Source of the DNA: Chlorokybus atmophyticus
Taxonomy: Eukaryota > Plantae > Mesostigma and Chlorokybus algae
Direction: 5' to 3'
Length of the DNA stretch: 64,000 nt
Assembly: GCA_009103225.1 (NCBI GenBank)
Contig: RHPI01002090.1
Span: forward strand, 418,652 to 482,651
In this document: positions 1 to 12,194 of the stretch, piece by piece
Layout: every line of letters starts with the position of its first letter
How positions within the stretch are numbered: the first letter of the stretch is position 1
Notes under the pieces: generated by a model
Databases searched by the model: none
What the model was told of the DNA's origin: nothing
The model's input: the letters and a program-made list of their open reading frames with translations, nothing else
Translations under genes and position numbers: made by a program

Positions 1-42
1 CCCCCCACTCACCCACCAAACCCTGGCATTTGCAGAGTGTAA

Positions 43-411
43 TGGGCACCTTTGAAGACGCTGCAAGTTGGGCCAAGAAGTACAGCCCCCTACTGGGCCT
101 CGTAGGGTCCGTGGTTTTCGCTGCCGTTGTGGCTACCACCAGGCTCGTCCGCACCCAGGGCAAAATCGACAAGGAGCGCGCGGTGCGCGAGACTTCCACA
201 AACGGAGATCTGCGAGAAGGCGGATACTGCAGCAGTGACACTTGCCGATAAAGCCCGCGTCGACGCAGTGAACACCACCTACGACAAGTACGCTGTTTGG
301 GGCGTGGGGAGGGTCAACTCGTCACTGTGTTCTCGTTTTTCAGGTTGTTTGAGCTGCTTAGCTCTGAAGAATCTCAATCCCTTTCTCCTCAGCAGCGCCG
401 CCGGTGGTTGA
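43..411 (+). pseudogene. Small single-TM protein ORF with an apparent frameshift (pseudogene or assembly error)
   Basis: MGTFEDAASWAKKYSPLLGLVGSVVFAAVVATTRLV... has one hydrophobic helix. Helical coding-like sequence continues in another frame (EKADTAAVTLADKARVDAVNTTYDKYAVW) after about 196. No family recognised. Confidence 0.3.
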
Positions 412-505
412 AGCAACTACGGTAGGCAGCAAATGGTAAGTAAGTCTCTTGTGTAGTATGCAAAAGTTTCTTTAGAACCATTTTTTGCTCACACTTAGCT
501 ACCTA

Positions 506-712
506 GAGTACAACATATGTTGCTTAAGCAGCTTCTGCATACTATAAAAGAGACTTACCATTGGCATCTTCGCTTGCTGCCGCCTCGCACCTAGGTATAT
601 ATTAGGTATATACCTAGGTATATCTGGGTGCGAGGCGGCAGCAAGCGAAGATGCCAATGGTAAGTCTCTTTTGTAGTATGCAGAAGCTGCTTAAGCAACA
701 TATGTTGTACTC
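506..712. repeat. Long inverted repeat (foldback), 86-bp arms 506-591 and 627-712
   Basis: The reverse complement of 627-712 matches 506-591 except at one position (T545 vs G673). The spacer carries TAGGTATATA repeats. A degenerate copy of the right arm lies at about 424-478. Confidence 0.95.
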
Positions 713-1338
713 AACCTCATCTACCTTGGCATGTCTGAAGGGGGGCGGCTGCGATAAGATAGTTTTTGTGCTGAGTTACTAGTGACCTGTATGAAGCAGG
801 TGTGCATGTGTGGGGGGAGGGTTAGCGAGTGCGCTGGTTGTTTGTGTACATATGTGAGTTGTATACATGTTGAGATTGTGACGGACTGAACAAGTGCAAT
901 GGCGTATACGTTGACGCATGTAGATAATGGAGTTTGACATAGCCCACGACCAACTTTTGTGATTTGTGCTGCAACTATGACAGATTATAATAGGTGCAAT
1001 ATTATGTGTGCTGATGTTGAACAATGCGTTTCATAACTATGCCACTATTCACTATGACTCTGAGCATAGCATCTCTTGTACACTTGTATTAACTACTTTT
1101 ACAAATCAGCGTGGCTGCTTGCACAGCAGTATTAGATTAGCAGGGTTACAAACCATCTGTTACACAAACAATTCTGCAATGCTTTTGCAACAACCTCAAC
1201 CCCACTCGTACACTTGATGCAGAATAGCTAACTCTCAACCAAGTTCTTGTTTATTACACATCACCTCCACGCACAAACCCGCTGTACAAATGAACACCGC
1301 CGCTACTCACTGCGTACAGATTTGCCAACCGCACCAGC

Positions 1339-2681
1339 TCAAGGCAACAGCACAATATCACCTGCCATGCACACCACGCATTTCAGCAACGATTTTCAGT
1401 TAGCTTATGATGATATTACACAGACAACCCGCAGGTAGGTAGCAAGCGATTTTACCCGCAAAGATGAGGTCTGGGTTGCGGACAGAGTTAATCTTCACAA
1501 GCTCTGCAACACTCGTGTTGTGCTCCCGCGCAATCTTGCTCAACGTATCACCCTGCCATGCCAACGCCACATAACACCAATCCCCACACTACGCTGCACT
1601 GATCACAATGACAATTACACACCAACTGCAAGAATGTGGCACAATGGTAATACCTTACTGATAACATAGGTCTTGGGGATCCAAAGGGCCTGTCCTGCCT
1701 GGATTGAGTCAGGGTTGTTGATCTGGTTGGTCTGTAAGCAGCAACATGACAACTGTAAGCATGACGGTGGCTGGGTGCATGCACAAATTCGCTGAATGCA
1801 CACAAGGGAAATGAGATCTCACCTCGCTCAGGACATCAACGGATGTATTGTACTGCCTGGCAATGTCCGCAAGAGTCTCGCCCTTGCCAACGGTGTGCAT
1901 GGAGGAGCCACCAACACCAAGACCGGACACTGCACAACATCAACCAGATGAGACATACACACATGCATGGGCATGGCAACAGTAGCAATGCTATCGCCAC
2001 AACTTGGCCCCTCGGTCGTATGTGCATGGCTATTCCAGCAACCAACTGTGAACGACTTTAGCCAGCACCACTCAAACCAGTGTTTCTGTCTCTGAACGTG
2101 CGCACCTGCTTCATGGACCTCCTCAGGGGTGCGCTGGCTATCCTTGAATTTCTTGTACAGAGCCACACCGGCTGCGCCAGCAGCGGCGGCGCCCACGGCA
2201 CGAGCGAGGAAGCGGAGCGGTCCAGCCCTGCCAAAAGTTTATGTCGAAAATGCTCAATGTGACTACAGGAGAGATGCAAAGGGGTGCTACATGCACAAGT
2301 AATAATCACAACAAGTGTCACTCACTTCTGCTCCTCCTTGACTGTCTCAGGGGTGTACTCAGTGTACTCCGTGAAGGGGCTCGCCATGGCCTGGATGCCT
2401 GCGCGGCGGCCGGACTTGCGGGCGAACTACGTTACGCAAGGGGAGAAGGGGTGAGCGTCAGGGAGGCCAGCTGACACACTTGCATGCTTGGCCGCATGTT
2501 GCTTGCCTGTAACTGAATATGCATGGCTTACTTTCAAAGAAGAGGTCGAGGCAGGTGCCAAGCGCAAGGGCGTTCCCCTCAGGACCGACGAGGCGGAGGA
2601 GGAGGTGGCCTGTGCAGGAGCTGCCGGTGCCCTGCGGGCGGCAACGGCGGCTGGCACGGTGGCGGCAAACGACGCGGCCAT
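1339..2681 (-). CDS. Plastid-transit-peptide protein with one hydrophobic segment and two C-terminal LysM domains (7 exons)
   Basis: Exon 1 (2681-2532) is MAASFAATVPAAVAARRAPAA..., Ala/Ser/Arg-rich with no acidic residues. LysM1 is HTVGKGETLADIARQYNTSVDVLSETNQINNPDSIQAGQALWIP. LysM2 is YVISKGDTLSKIAREHNTSVAELVKINSVRNPDLIFAGDIVLLP*. All six GT-AG introns are phase-consistent. Confidence 0.87.
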
Positions 2682-3590
2682 CAAACAACTACGCAAGAGA
2701 AACTACGAACGCTGAATACGCTTGGGTTAAACGGCAATCCCAACACAGTTGCTGTGTCGAACTACTTCACCCACGACACCGCAGGCAACGAGGACTAGAG
2801 CGACGACCCCTTTGGTGATGTGACGGAGTTTGAGTAGCTCCAAGTATGACGTTCTGGCTACGCTCTCGCTTCCCCCGACTGTTCGCCCTGCAAGCAGCGA
2901 AACCCAATAGCCGGCAACTTGATACCACCAAACTTCGCTAGTACACGCGAAGCGATTGCGAAGCAAGCAGTTTCGATATCCCTAGGGGCCTAGTGATATC
3001 CGGCAATCCAGCTGACACATCAGCTCAACGGCTACATGGATTCCATGCGCAATCTGCAGGGGCGCAGGCAGATCTCTCCTCCGGCCAAATCTGCCCCGAA
3101 GCCCAGCTGGCGGCCTTTCTCTCTCGCTCTCTCCCGCGCTTTCTCGTCAGACAGCGTCAACCACTGCTCGTTGCCGTGCTCCTTCTCGAACCGTCGCGCA
3201 AACGCTGCTGTACAGCGCTGCTGAGCTGACGCACACATGCGTAGGTCGCGGCAACGCCGCGATGTACTTGGAGTTGCAGCAATGCTTGCTTCGATCACGT
3301 GCCGGAGTGAATCACCGGTGTTGATGCAATGTCGTGGCAGCGGCCTTTCTCCTGTCAGGTGTGGGGAGGTGAATTGCTAGGCCAGTGGAGCGTAGCGCTG
3401 CTAGGCTACAAGTCTGAACACCTTCAGTTTCGGGGCTGGACAAAGGAAGCAGTGGTGGAGCCAATTGGAGCAAGGTATAGCTTTTGTGATGTGTTGTGTT
3501 GCTGGCTGCTGCGGGAGTGCGCAAAAACGCCGCCCCTGCTTGATTTGCTAAGGCGATCTTGAGGATGAGATCGTCACCATCAACCTCACG

Positions 3591-6140
3591 ATGAGGCGGC
3601 ACGGGCTCCAAAGCCCCCTAAATGGCTACCAGGTGCGAGCAAGAAATGACATTACAGCAATGACAATTGTGATAGCGGTGTCAGCTTGTGTGGGGCAGGA
3701 GAGGATCACCGCTGTTTGGACAGGATGTCGGATGCAATTGAACACAATTGGCTGACTACTTCTTCAAAAGAATGTCATGGCAATGTTTGGGCTGCAGGAG
3801 ATTTCTGTTTCTCCGCTTGTGAACATATGCACAGTCGACTTATTTACTTGCGCAGCGATCAAGCAGACACTCAGGCACATGGAACACAGGCAGTTGCCAC
3901 TCACTGATTCAGTTCATGGCAGAAGTGTTGTACAGAGTTAGTGTGTACAAAAGGGACATCTGTCTGGTGTTGTCTCAACCGGCTCCACGTGTGGTGCAAC
4001 CAATTGAACGGAACACACACGCATTTTGCAACATGATGTTCCACTGATTACTCCGCCCACCCCCACCCCCACCACAGATCTCGGCATGGTGCGTGCTTTT
4101 GTCCCTGGTGATCCTCTTCTACGTCTTCTTCGCCCCCTTCACCGGCCCCCCGGCCGCCGCCTACGCCCTTGAAGCCATCTACTCCCTACTGGTAAGACAA
4201 CTACAACACCCAAACCAAGACCACAGAAAAGTATCGTGTGATATAGTACTGTTACCGGTGCCTAAGTATCTATCCTATTTCAGGTTGTGGGTATCCTCAT
4301 TGCGGGGTTCACCTGTTCCCTTTCCGACCCCGCTGATCCCGGCGTGCGTTACGATGCGGTGGTGTCGACGCCGAAGCTGCAGGAACAGGGTGTGACAGCG
4401 GGTCTGGCGTGGTGCAGCCTCTGCGCGGCGCGCGTGCTGGCAGGGAGCAAACATTGCAGGGCGTGCGACAAATGCGTGCACGCGTTCGACCACCACTGCA
4501 AGGCATGTGGTCGAATGCACATGCCTTCAAGGGGATTGATAATTCAGAGAGACATGAAGTATCGTTAAGGCAATGGGTGTGTATCCGCTCATCAGTTCAT
4601 TCAACCCTTTGGCGATAGATGCTTGGCTCCTGATTTGTGTAACACTTGACTGTTCCGATCATGCGGTTGAGTTCTACATTGTCATGCCTTCTTCGGTCTG
4701 CACATGCAGCCATGCACTCATTCCTCTTTCATTGACTCAGTCCATGAACACTCTGTCTCTTAAACATCTGCGTTGCTTTCACTCACCGGTGTTTATATGC
4801 AGTGGTTGAACAATTGCGTTGGGGAGAAGAACTACCGCTCATTTTTGGCACTCGTGTGCCTGACTCTCGCCCTGGTAAGTGCACGTTGATCATCCACTCG
4901 CTCTCGCGGTCTCACCATTGCAGTTGACATCTACACATGTTTTGAGTTCTTCCAACACGTGCACACTAACGCGCAGGTTGTGCTTCAACTGGCGGTGGGC
5001 GTGTTCCTTCTGGTGGACATGTTTCGGGGCAGCGGCCGCGCCCGCGCCCTCCTCTCATCCAAATACAGCGGCAATATTCCACGGGCCGTGCTGGCAGGTT
5101 TGCTAGCAATACCATATTCCATTATAGCATCAACACGTGCCACTATCTATCCAGCTCGTAGCATTGGTATGACGACATACACATTGACACAGGTGTTGTG
5201 TTGACATGCTCCCTTATCACCCTCGCATCGGGAGGGCTCCTGGCGGAGCTGCTCTCCTTTCACATGCTGCTGCAATATAAGGTAGCACCTTCTTACAACT
5301 GCCTCACATCACATGATGCCAATGTTGTCTCATCTCCCGACTGACTCACTTCGGTTGGTTCTGATGCAGGGCATGACAACGTACGGGTACATACTTGAGC
5401 AGCGGCAGCGGCGTGCGCAGGAGCGCAACCGCGCGACCACATACGCCCCGTCGCAGTATGGCAACCGGTGCATGCGCGGGCTGTGTCCCGGATCGGTGCG
5501 ACGACGCATCTACCCCGACGCGGTAACCAACATGAAGGCACTGATGATACTCGTTCTCAATGCGTGAGGGTCATTCTCTGACCTGATGTTGATTTTGTGT
5601 TCAGGGGCTTGAGGGTGATCCTGAGATGCAGTTGGAGCCCCGCAGCGTGCCCATCCTCTCCACGCCGCGCAACAGCCTCGACGCCATGCTCGGCAGCGAC
5701 CCGACAATGTTACACGGCTCGTTTGAACGCAGCCACCTCGCATCTCCGCTATCTTTGCGAGAACAACAGGTACCCCAACATAAGGCTGATTTCTCAACTC
5801 CACCCACACTCACCTACTTCTCCAACGTGACGACAAAACCTCGTCTCCTTGTTGTTTTGTACAGGCGTTGAGAGAGAGGCTTGCAGGCGGGGGGTATGTC
5901 GGCGTGAGTTTGTCGTCGAGCATGTCGGGGTCGCCGCTGGCGTCAGCAGAGTTAAGAAGGAGTCTGCACGAGACGCTGAGGGCGAGCCTGGTGACGCCGG
6001 CAGCACATCATCATCATCAACATCAACAACCGCCAGGCCCGTCGGGGGACTCGCCCTTCTCACGCAACAGCAGCGCCAGGGCGTCCCAGCGCAACAGCGC
6101 AAGGGAGGGCCTGGCCAGCCCCACGCCACCTGTTGAGTAG
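3591..6140 (+). CDS. DHHC-type protein S-acyltransferase (plant PAT19-22-like), 9 exons
   Basis: N-terminus [16 protein letters not shown] helices, CSLC...[19 protein letters not shown]|[11 protein letters not shown], and a TTYGYI motif. The intron after HHCK needs a GC donor (4503-4802). Confidence 0.92.
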
Positions 6141-6441
6141 TGGTAGCCTAATGCGCGACTGCAACAGTTGGTTGCGGAACAGGTTCAGCACAGTATGCAA
6201 GGGTGCATACACGAAGCATATACGTATATGAAGAGTGCTACTGCTCTGTTAAGGTGTACCACTCAGCATCCATCTGTTGTGCAAATATCTCCAATAGTGA
6301 GGTGTGCTGCTCAACACTACGGGCGAGTTTATGATAGCTATGGCCATAGCTTGAACAAAGGCTGTGCTGAGTTGCGAGGGATGTTGGCTGCCTGTGTTCT
6401 GCTTGATGGTACACAGTGCAATCTAGTCCAATCTATTGATG

Positions 6442-7492
6442 CTATGTCTTTTTCTTGGACTTGGCATTTGCCCCGGGCGGTAGCGGCTGCGGTGCCGGCC
6501 TGGGAGGCAAAATGTTGGCTTTGGCCAGCAGCCAGGCCACGCGATCTGAAGGCTGCGCTCCCACAGAAAGCCAGTACCTGCAATAAACCCATAGTGAACG
6601 AACAATCCAGCCAAACCCAGCCCTCCACACTTGTGGTATCATGCAGCAGCCGACCGCGCGTGTGCAGAAATGAGTTCTTACTTTATTCGCTCGGTGTTCA
6701 GACTGATGTGCTTGTTGCCATCCTTGTCTGCAAAGCAAGCAACAGTCAGCGTCTCATGCTGCATTAGCTGGGAATAAGGACTGGCATGTGGCGTGCACGC
6801 AGTACAAGCCTTAGCATAGACAGTGAGTGGACAAGCAGTGCGACATCCTCAGCTGCAACGCTCTGCGTTGTGCAACACAGCGAGGGCAGTGAGTGAAAAG
6901 ACACTTGCCAGAAGCTGATTGACCTATGCATGGCAGTAACGCTTGGCAACTGGTCGGCAACATGTCGCGCAGATATGCATACGCCTACGCGCAACCCCAC
7001 TATAAACCCTTTTGCCGCATTCCACACACTGCAACTCGCAACACATGCCAATGCTTCGCAAACACTCTTCAGTTTGCGATTGTGTGCAATACAAATGATG
7101 CAATGCACAGCAAGAGCCACCACCAATGCAGCACAGTCGAAACAACCTGATGTGCGGAAGCCCTCACTCCCGAGCGCTACACGGTGAAACTAATACAACA
7201 CACGCAACTGACACAAAAGGGCATGCCAAGGAGATTCTGGGTTCACACGAGTGTACACGCAGCTCAGCATGGTGACCGCAAGCGCTGTGATGTAACTCAT
7301 GCCTGTACTAGAGCGAAACTAAGACTGTGATTTGCAAGAGATTGTTGACTGTGTCATACTTGGGATGGGGTCGTAGGTGCCCACAACGTCAATGTGGCGG
7401 CCGTCCCTGGGGGCACGGCTGTCCGCGACGAATATCCGGTAGAACGGCCAGTTGTGCCGCCCAAACCGTGCCAGCCGTAACCGCACCGGCAT
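6442..7492 (-). CDS. RPS16: Nuclear-encoded organellar ribosomal protein S16 (bS16)
   Basis: Exons 7492-7360, 6727-6682 and 6577-6442 give [85 protein letters not shown]..., with the canonical bS16 motifs. Confidence 0.96.
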
Positions 7493-8778
7493 GCCGCCCT
7501 ACTCCTCCACTTCTTCCTCGTCCTTCTCCTCCTGCTCCCTCTTGGCCCCTGCTCTGCCGCCTTCTCCTGGTCTCGCCTGCGGCCAACTTCCCGGCTCCCC
7601 AGACGGCTTCAACGCTTCTTTGCTCTGCCTTCAACACAGGCAGGCCCACCGCCGCCTCCACCAGCTTCTACACGCACAGCTACGCCGCCGCCGCCACCAC
7701 CGCCGCCGCTGAGCTCGTCAGTGGTGGGACTTGTACAATGATGGCCCCTGATTCCTTTACCACTACACACACCACTTGCACAACCGGTGTTACAGGAGTC
7801 AGCAGTCAGTGACTCCGCTGCTAAGGGATGAACTTTCTGTGGCATGCAAGAAATTTCAGAGCTGAAAAGGTGATGAATTACTAATTATCACGAATAACAA
7901 ATCAGGCCATGCCATGGCAATCAGGTGCTGTTCGTTGATGCGAGCAAAGCCCGCAGTGTCTCATTAGCTTGCACAAATGCGTGTTGCGTTTGCTGGCGTT
8001 GTGTGCACATGCTTGCCAGGACGCGCACTTCTGCGTCTTGCACGCTCTCTTACCACTAAAAGGAGCGTTCATGATATGTAATGCACTCCATGTCTGTCGC
8101 CAACCACACTGCACGCACACGTTGTGGTAGCCAACAGCTTACGCGTGCAGAATTTGCCATGTCTAGCTTGTGTGTGACATAACAAGTGCATTGTACACAT
8201 TACTGCGCACTGACAATGTCCACATTCAGTGGTGGCCTGAGACGTACGGCGATTTTCGCGGGAAATCACCATGCAGCACTGGGAGTTACGCTAAAGGATG
8301 CACTGTGCTTGGACTAATGTAGGATGTTGCAACAGCGATACATGATTCATGTTGTGCATGCATTCACATCAGAGGTTTGCCTCCACGCAGGTTACACCAT
8401 GGATGCAAGGCATCAACTGGTTGTGGGCCACAGTCATGACCGCTGTTCTATCAGATCCCACAGAACCACATGGTACGGCCAACAGACTCAAAACTGCATC
8501 GCCATCAGACTGGTGCAAACTGTACGTCGCACTCAGCGCACTCAGCCAAAACTGTCGAAAACTGAACCAACAACAAGTTATTGTCTTACGCTACATACAA
8601 GGTATACCCTACCTGCTCAGTAAAAGCTGTCATCGCAGTTACTTGCTTGCAATTGTCCATCGGACTTGCTCATGCACTACACTACCAGCACCCTAATGCC
8701 AACCTGTGGTTGACTGCACGCACTGCAAACGCTGCACACAGCGAACAGAGAAGCGATGATGCTAAAGGCTTGACAATG

Positions 8779-9682
8779 CTAGTGCGCAACACCCTTGAGC
8801 GGGTGCGCACGGATGGCGTTGAGATCCAGGTTGCTGTCCAGCTCTTCGTCCAGCTCCCCAACGACAGCTCTGCACAAACCCACATGCAACAGGCAATTGT
8901 TGTCTAGCATTTCCTTTGGGAGCATCTCAAGACGACAAGTGCAAACACGCGGCACTGATGTGAATCACTTGTGACGTACATGTTGTCACCGCGGATGACG
9001 TACAGGCCAAGCACCAGTTGCTCCACGCCAGCCTGCGCACAAAACTTGCTTTAACCGATGTCAAAGGCACAGTTGACGGAGTGGCCTGATCCAACTATTG
9101 CACAGAGCCAACCATGAAACAATGCAACTAGCAGCAATTGCACGTATGCTTCGCGTTAGCAAGTGCTTGGATGGCACTTGCCTTTGTCGAGTAAACGCGT
9201 TCGTGTGACTCGTCTAGAATAAGGTTTGTTGTTTGGTCGAAGCCTCGAAGAACGCCCTGCCAGGAAACATGACGCATTTCTCATGCCATTACACAGTGGC
9301 GTGCAAAGTACAGCGCTCGTGTGTGCGTTTTGCAAGGCATTGCTTGCAGCCGGTAGGACATGCTGCTGCACATACCACGATGTTGCGCCCGTCGCTTGTG
9401 ATGACAGAAATGGGCTCTGCATAGCAAAACGAGCATGTTCACATTCTGCAAGCGTCACCCAAGCAACAAGCATTGCCATTCACCAAGCAGCGCGGAACAT
9501 GAAGGAAGGCTGAGGAAAGTGCATTACGAAGTAGTACGCACAGCAGCTGTTTGCCTGCTCCCCAAGCGAAGTAGGTAGGTGTGCCTAGGCTAAGCCGAAG
9601 CATTTACTCGCATGCACAGAGAGCAGAGACTGAAGGACTTACGGTCCACCAGCGACTCCAGGCCGATATCCTTGCTCGTCAT
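8779..9682 (-). CDS. LSM8: U6 snRNA-associated Sm-like protein LSm8 (5 exons)
   Basis: Spliced MTSKDIGLESLVDQPISVITSDGRNIVGVLRGFDQTTNLILDESHERVYSTK|AGVEQLVLGLYVIRGDNIAVVGELDEELDSNLDLNAIRAHPLKGVAH*. Has Sm1/Sm2 motifs and the LSm8-type tail. One GC-AG intron (9181-9033). Confidence 0.96.
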
Positions 9683-9760
9683 CGCCTGGGGCCCTCCTCC
9701 CCCACGCCTCCCCGTCAGCCACCACCACCGACGCCGCCGCCCACCAACCCGCCTTACCAG

Positions 9761-9770
9761 CCTAACCCTA
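9761..9770. promoter_or_regulatory. Telo-box-like motif (CCTAACCCTA) in the ~180-bp LSM8/VPE divergent promoter
   Basis: Telomere-repeat-like motif between two head-to-head start codons. It is a short motif and could occur by chance. Confidence 0.3.
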
Positions 9771-9861
9771 GGCTGAGCTCTGGCCCTCAGCTGTGCTCAA
9801 TTGCAGCATTGCTGCCAAGCTGAAGCTTAGCATTGCAGCCTGGGCGGCGACGGTGGTGGCG

Positions 9862-12194
9862 ATGGCAGCCATGGGAAGGGCGGCGATGCTGTTGGTCGTG
9901 CTGCTGGCCGTGTCGTCAGCGTCCGTGGTCTCGGCTGGTAGAGTCGGGGCGCTGCGCGTGCGGCACTCGGCCGACCAGGCCGTGGCCGACTTCTTCAGCG
10001 TCGTTGACGAGCACCACGAGGTGGAGAAGCCCCTCCAGCCGGCGGAGGCTGCTGGAGGAGGTGATGCCCCCGTCGTCCACTGGGCTCTCCTCGTAGCTGG
10101 CTCCATGGGTTACGGCAACTACCGCCACCAGGTTGGCCATTACACAGGACACAGTGAGCGCAGGACAGCTGCCCTGCTTACGCTCCGTTGATAGGCTGTG
10201 CTTTTGTCATCATGCTTGGCTTATTGGTATAGTTGTGCAATTGCCTGTGCAATGCAGCTGCTGCGGCTTGCTATGCGTGTTGTGACAGTACATCTGCAAG
10301 CCTCAAAGCCAGCACATTGCATTGTTGCTTAGTTCAAGGTCATGTTGAAGACATATGCGTATGCAGTAAGCTGCCACTAAATGTGGGTTTGCGATGCGTT
10401 GATGACCAGGCGGATATCTGCCACGCATACCAACTGCTCCACCGTGGGGGCCTCAAAGACGAGAACATTGTCGTCATGATGTACGACGACATTGCCAACA
10501 ATGTGCTCAACCCCCATAAGGGCGTCATCATCAATAACCCATCCGGAAAGGATGTGTATCATGGCGTTCCCAAGGTGAGGACCTTTCTCATGGCTTTCAA
10601 TTGTTTGGTGTAATCCTATATTATGCATGGCCTGCATGTAGAAAATGCAGAGGAAGGGTTGCGTTTGCTTGTGCATGTAAGGTTGCAGCAATTTTGAGCT
10701 ACATGCGTCCGCCTTGCCGATGATGAGGGTGATGTTGCAGGACTACACTGGCGCAGATGTCAATGCGGCAACATTTCTCCGTGTGCTGGCTGGCGACAAG
10801 GCTGCGCTGTCGGGAGTTGGTAGCGGCAAGGTTATTGCCTCAGGACCGAATGACTTCATTTTTGTCTATTATTCAGACCATGGAGGCCCAGGCAAGCGTA
10901 ACCATAGTCCTATGTCATGGCATTTCCGCGTGTAGTCTAAGACCTGTCTGCATCTTGGGGAGTGCTTGCATTGCAGGCACTTGACGTTACCACTATACAC
11001 CTTTTTGCTGCAGGTATCCTGGGCATGCCATCTCCACCATTCCTTTATGCAAATGACTTCAACAATGTTGTTAAGCAGAAGGCTGCTCGAAAAGGCTTTG
11101 ATCAGATGGTACGCGTGTGTTGCAACCATCTTCAATGTGTGCAGCTGTTTCCTGGCTCGCATTGCTCTCATTGCACATACAGGTGATTTACGTGGAAGCA
11201 TGCGAGAGCGGAAGCATATTTGAGGGCCTGTTGCCTGATAACCTCAACGTGTATGTCACCACCGCCTCAAATGCAGTGGAGAGCAGCTGGGGCACGTACT
11301 GTCCCGGGATGAGTCCCCATATCCCAATGGAGTACTCAACCTGCCTTGGTGACTTGTACTCTGTTGCGTGGATGGAAGACAGGTATAATCATGCATTGCA
11401 CTCTCCCCGAACAGCTTTGAGTTTTTCACATGAACATGCAAGCCTGTGCGCTGACTCTTTGCTACTGTAGTGATACCAATGACCTCACCCGTGAGACTCT
11501 TCTTCAGCAATATGACAAGGTCAAGTTCAGAACGTCCAGCAATGGCACTTTCAACATGGGAAGCCATGTCATGCAGTATGGCGACCTAGCCATTGACAGA
11601 GATGAAGTTGCCGACTTCATTGGCAACCCTGTCATGAACCCAGACAACTCGCTCTTCTTGTCTTACCACCACCTGGATAGCAAGCATGTCAAGCAGCGCG
11701 ATGCAAATTTAGTTCATCTGATGCACCGGGTACGCTTGGCAACACATATGCCGTGCAATGATATGCATGTGTTTGGGTTAAGTATGTGAAGCATGCAAGC
11801 AGTTGAATACCGATGTGTTCTTACTTGTTATTTGCGTGACCAGTACACGCATGCAGCGGAGGCCACAGCTGAACGTCAGGAGGCCTTTGATGATGTTATG
11901 GCTGAACTGGCGCATCGCAAACACGTGGACCACACTGTGGACATGCTGCCAAAGTTGCTGCTGGGATCAGCTTTGACAAACACCTTTGACGTGTTTGCTG
12001 TTCGGGAGGCTGGGCAACCTACTGTCAACGACTGGGATTGCTACAAGAGTGCCATTGCTGAGTACGAGATCGCTTGCGGGCCACTGGAGGATTATGGTAT
12101 GCGCCATGGTCGCATCTTTGCCAACCTTTGCAACTTTGGCGTCACGCCTGAAGAGGTTCATCAGGCGGCAACTTTAGCATGCTCCGCGTCCTAA
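9862..12194 (+). CDS. VPE: Legumain / vacuolar processing enzyme (peptidase C13), 8 exons
   Basis: Signal peptide, [25 protein letters not shown], catalytic His in SDHGGPG, catalytic Cys in [24 protein letters not shown], and a C-terminal prodomain. GC-AG intron at 10892-11013. Confidence 0.96.

Noticed and set aside
3032-3298. Resemblance of QWLTLSDEKARE to the diatom-expanded DUF6824 motif
   Set aside because: Only a few residues match and the N-terminal half of that domain is absent.
7327-7845. ORFs 7327-7812, 7452-7712, 7389-7661 and 7609-7845
   Set aside because: They are antisense or off-frame readings of RPS16 exon 1 and its GC-rich leader.
8250-8696. E2F-like site (TTTCGCGGGAAA) and a 115-aa plus-strand ORF
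   Set aside because: No recognisable domain or consistent exon chain, and a single short motif is not enough.
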